Assembly (NCBI GenBank): GCA_913041415.1
Contig: CAJWHS010000005.1
Span: 218-64,217, forward strand
Source: an uncultured Acidimicrobiaceae bacterium
GTDB taxonomy: Bacteria; Actinomycetota; Acidimicrobiia; Acidimicrobiales; Aldehydirespiratoraceae
Direction of reading: 5' to 3'
Length of the DNA stretch: 64,000 bases
This document shows, piece by piece, positions 62,307 through 64,000 of the stretch. The notes beneath the pieces are model-generated. The model searched no databases, was not told where the DNA came from, and saw only the letters and a program-made list of their open reading frames with translations. The translations under genes were made by a program, and so were the position numbers. The first letter of the stretch is position 1. Each line of letters starts with the position of its first letter.

Positions 62307-63281
62307 ATGCGCCTCATGCAGCGCTTCGGCATGACCGTTCCCTTCGATGGACAGCAGCTTCACGAGCAGCGAGACCGTTTCGAACGACTCGAACGGCTGG
62401 GCTACACCGACCTCTGGACTGCCGAGGCTATGGGCGCTGATGGCCTCACCCCGCTCACGCTTGGCGCCGTTTGGACCCCATCGATGCGGCTCGGTACGGC
62501 GATCCTCCCGGCGTACACGCGTGGGCCGGCCCTGCTGGCCCAATCTGTCGCCGGATTGGCATCGGCGGCACCCGGGCGTTTCGTGCTCGGCATCGGCTCG
62601 TCCTCAAACGTCATCGTGGAGCGTTGGAACGGAATTCCGTTCGAGAAGCCGTTCCAGCAGACCCGCGACATGGTCCGTTTCCTAAAGGCGGCGCTCGGCG
62701 GCGAGAAGGTCACCGAGACATACGGCACCTTCGATATCAAGGGCTTCCGACTCGGCCTGGTGCCTGAGGAGCCCGTAGCGATTCTCGTGGCGGCGCTTCG
62801 CGAGGGGATGTTGCGCATGGCCGGCCGAGAAAGTGACGGCGCCATCATCAACTGGCTGTCGGCCGACAACGCCACCACCGTGTCGAACATCGTCCGGGAG
62901 GAAAATCCCGATGCCGAGATCGTCGCTCGGCTGTTCGTTGCGCCGACGCCGGATACCGATTCGGCCCGATCGATGGGCAAATTCGCAGCAGCTGCCTACC
63001 TGAACGTTCCGGTGTATCGGGCCTTCCACGAGTGGATGGGTCGCAGCGACGATCTCGGTGAGCACTGGGAGCAGTGGGCGGCGGGTGATCGTCAGGGTGC
63101 GCTCGAGAAGATCCCCGATCATGTGGTCGACGAGTTGATCATCCATGGCAGCTACGACGAGTGCCGGGCCCATATTCAGCGCTATGTCGATAACGGCGTG
63201 ACCACGCCTGCATTGGCGCTGTTGCCGTTCCCCGGTGTCGACATCGACGAGGCCATCGAGGGGCTTGCCCCGAGGGGGTGA
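62307..63281 (+). CDS. LLM-class (luciferase-like) F420-dependent oxidoreductase
   Basis: 324-aa ORF. GMTVPFDG...LGYTDLWTAE...RFVLGIGSS... is the typical pattern of the LLM F420 subfamily. Confidence 0.85.
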   Translation: MRLMQRFGMTVPFDGQQLHEQRDRFERLERLGYTDLWTAEAMGADGLTPLTLGAVWTPSMRLGTAILPAYTRGPALLAQSVAGLASAAPGRFVLGIGSSSNVIVERWNGIPFEKPFQQTRDMVRFLKAALGGEKVTETYGTFDIKGFRLGLVPEEPVAILVAALREGMLRMAGRESDGAIINWLSADNATTVSNIVREENPDAEIVARLFVAPTPDTDSARSMGKFAAAAYLNVPVYRAFHEWMGRSDDLGEHWEQWAAGDRQGALEKIPDHVVDELIIHGSYDECRAHIQRYVDNGVTTPALALLPFPGVDIDEAIEGLAPRG

Positions 63282-63301
63282 AGCGAGGGGCTTGCCCCGA
63301 G
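63257..63301 (+). repeat. 18-bp perfect direct repeat (27-bp period) spanning the stop codon of the LLM gene
   Basis: CGAGGGGCTTGCCCCGAG occurs at 63257-63274 and again at 63284-63301. Each copy contains the self-complementary GGGGCTTGCCCC. Confidence 0.8.
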
Positions 63302-63303
63302 TG

Positions 63304-63876
63304 TCACTGCCTTCCGGTGGCGGCGCAGCGAAGGTGGTCGGTGAGATCGGCGAGGGAGCTGTGGGCATTGAGCCCGCTGGTTGATGGCATCACATAGACG
63401 GGGGAGCCACCCAGGTCGGACTCCTGCCAGCCGGGCGTTGCCTTCCGGTCGGCTGCGGCTCGCCAGCCAGCAAGCCCGACGAAACAAACCGCCTCGGGAC
63501 GCAGCCACGCACACAGCCGCTCGACCCGTTCGAGACCGGCCCGGTATTCGTCGGTGGTGAGTTCGTCGGCTCGGGGTGTGGCCCGTTTCACGAGGTCGGT
63601 CATGCCCATTCCGTGGTGGGCAAGGGCATGTCGAGGTTCGCAGTCGACGGTGGCGATGCCGGCGGCGAGCGCGGCCGGCCAGAAGCGGTTGCCGGGGCGC
63701 CCGAACCCGACGAGCGTCTCAGCTGAGTACACGCTGGGGTTCAGCCCACAGATCAGCAAGCAGATTCTGTAGAGCTGAACCTCTCGCTGATCTTGAAGAG
63801 TGATGCAATAAGGGCCATACATGCCCTCAAAGCTGGGTTCTGATTGCTTTGCTCTTGCCATGCTGTTGGTCGTCAT
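63304..63876 (-). CDS. mug: G/U mismatch-specific uracil-DNA glycosylase (Mug, UDG family 2)
   Basis: 190-aa ORF with the motif LLICGLNPSVYSAE...GNRFWPAL and C-terminal VMPSTSGLN. The first ~45 codons lie in about 50% GC DNA. The alternative start is ATG 63822. Confidence 0.8.
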   Translation of the reverse strand: MTTNSMARAKQSEPSFEGMYGPYCITLQDQREVQLYRICLLICGLNPSVYSAETLVGFGRPGNRFWPAALAAGIATVDCEPRHALAHHGMGMTDLVKRATPRADELTTDEYRAGLERVERLCAWLRPEAVCFVGLAGWRAAADRKATPGWQESDLGGSPVYVMPSTSGLNAHSSLADLTDHLRCAATGRQ

Positions 63877-64000
63877 TCTGGTTTTGCCACTTACGCTCCG
63901 ATCAGTCTGCTCAGGTCAGGGCTATCTGGAACAATTCCACTTGGGTTGAGGGGAAACAGTGCTCCGAAATAATCCTGTTTCCACTTTTGGCTGTCGCAAC

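Overview
Densely coded chromosomal window from a high-GC (about two-thirds G+C by eye) member of the Actinomycetota. The phylum call rests on a WhiB-family protein, mycothiol conjugate amidase, an F420-type LLM oxidoreductase, an ImuA'-ImuB-DnaE2 mutasome and a Rho with an acidic/Arg-rich insertion. I saw no rRNA, tRNA, CRISPR array, transposase or integrase.

Gene content, left to right:
- hom(partial)-thrC-rho-rpmE.
- A complete F1Fo ATP synthase operon: atpZ-like, atpI-like, atpB, atpE, two b-type subunits, atpH, atpA, atpG, atpD, atpC.
- A decayed SMP-30 gene, then glpX.
- An acidic-repeat / J-domain / hydrolase trio, then prfA-prmC-rpiB-glyA-wecA.
- An L,D-transpeptidase, transporters and SDRs.
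- An adenosine deaminase fused to DUF952.
- A P450-helicase-SDR unit.
- An acyl-CoA/aldehyde catabolic cluster: thiolase, ALDH, CoA-transferase, VOC, amidohydrolase.
- whiB and a formylglycine-generating enzyme.
- A five-gene minus-strand operon: crotonase to PfkB kinase.
- A NUDIX/P-type ATPase operon.
- The SOS mutasome: imuA'-imuB, a 2.8 kb interruption, then dnaE2.
- Nitronate monooxygenase, mca, a nuclease, an LLM oxidoreductase and mug.

Most interesting observations:
1. A small minus-strand gene (49243-49554) whose two coding-like halves are joined by one in-frame TGA. A bulged hairpin with a GGUC tetraloop starts 13 nt downstream, which resembles a bacterial SECIS. It is either a selenoprotein candidate or a nonsense-disrupted gene.
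2. Two identical LexA-type SOS boxes (CGAACATATGTTCG) lie inside promoter modules of identical geometry. That geometry predicts leaderless imuA' and dnaE2 mRNAs.
3. Several otherwise intact-looking ORFs carry in-frame stops, and there are several gene remnants.
4. The add-DUF952 fusion.
5. G+C drops abruptly to about 50% over the last ~260 bp, starting inside the 5' end of mug.

Gene starts are my own choices from the ORF track plus RBS and overlap context. They are less certain than gene identities.
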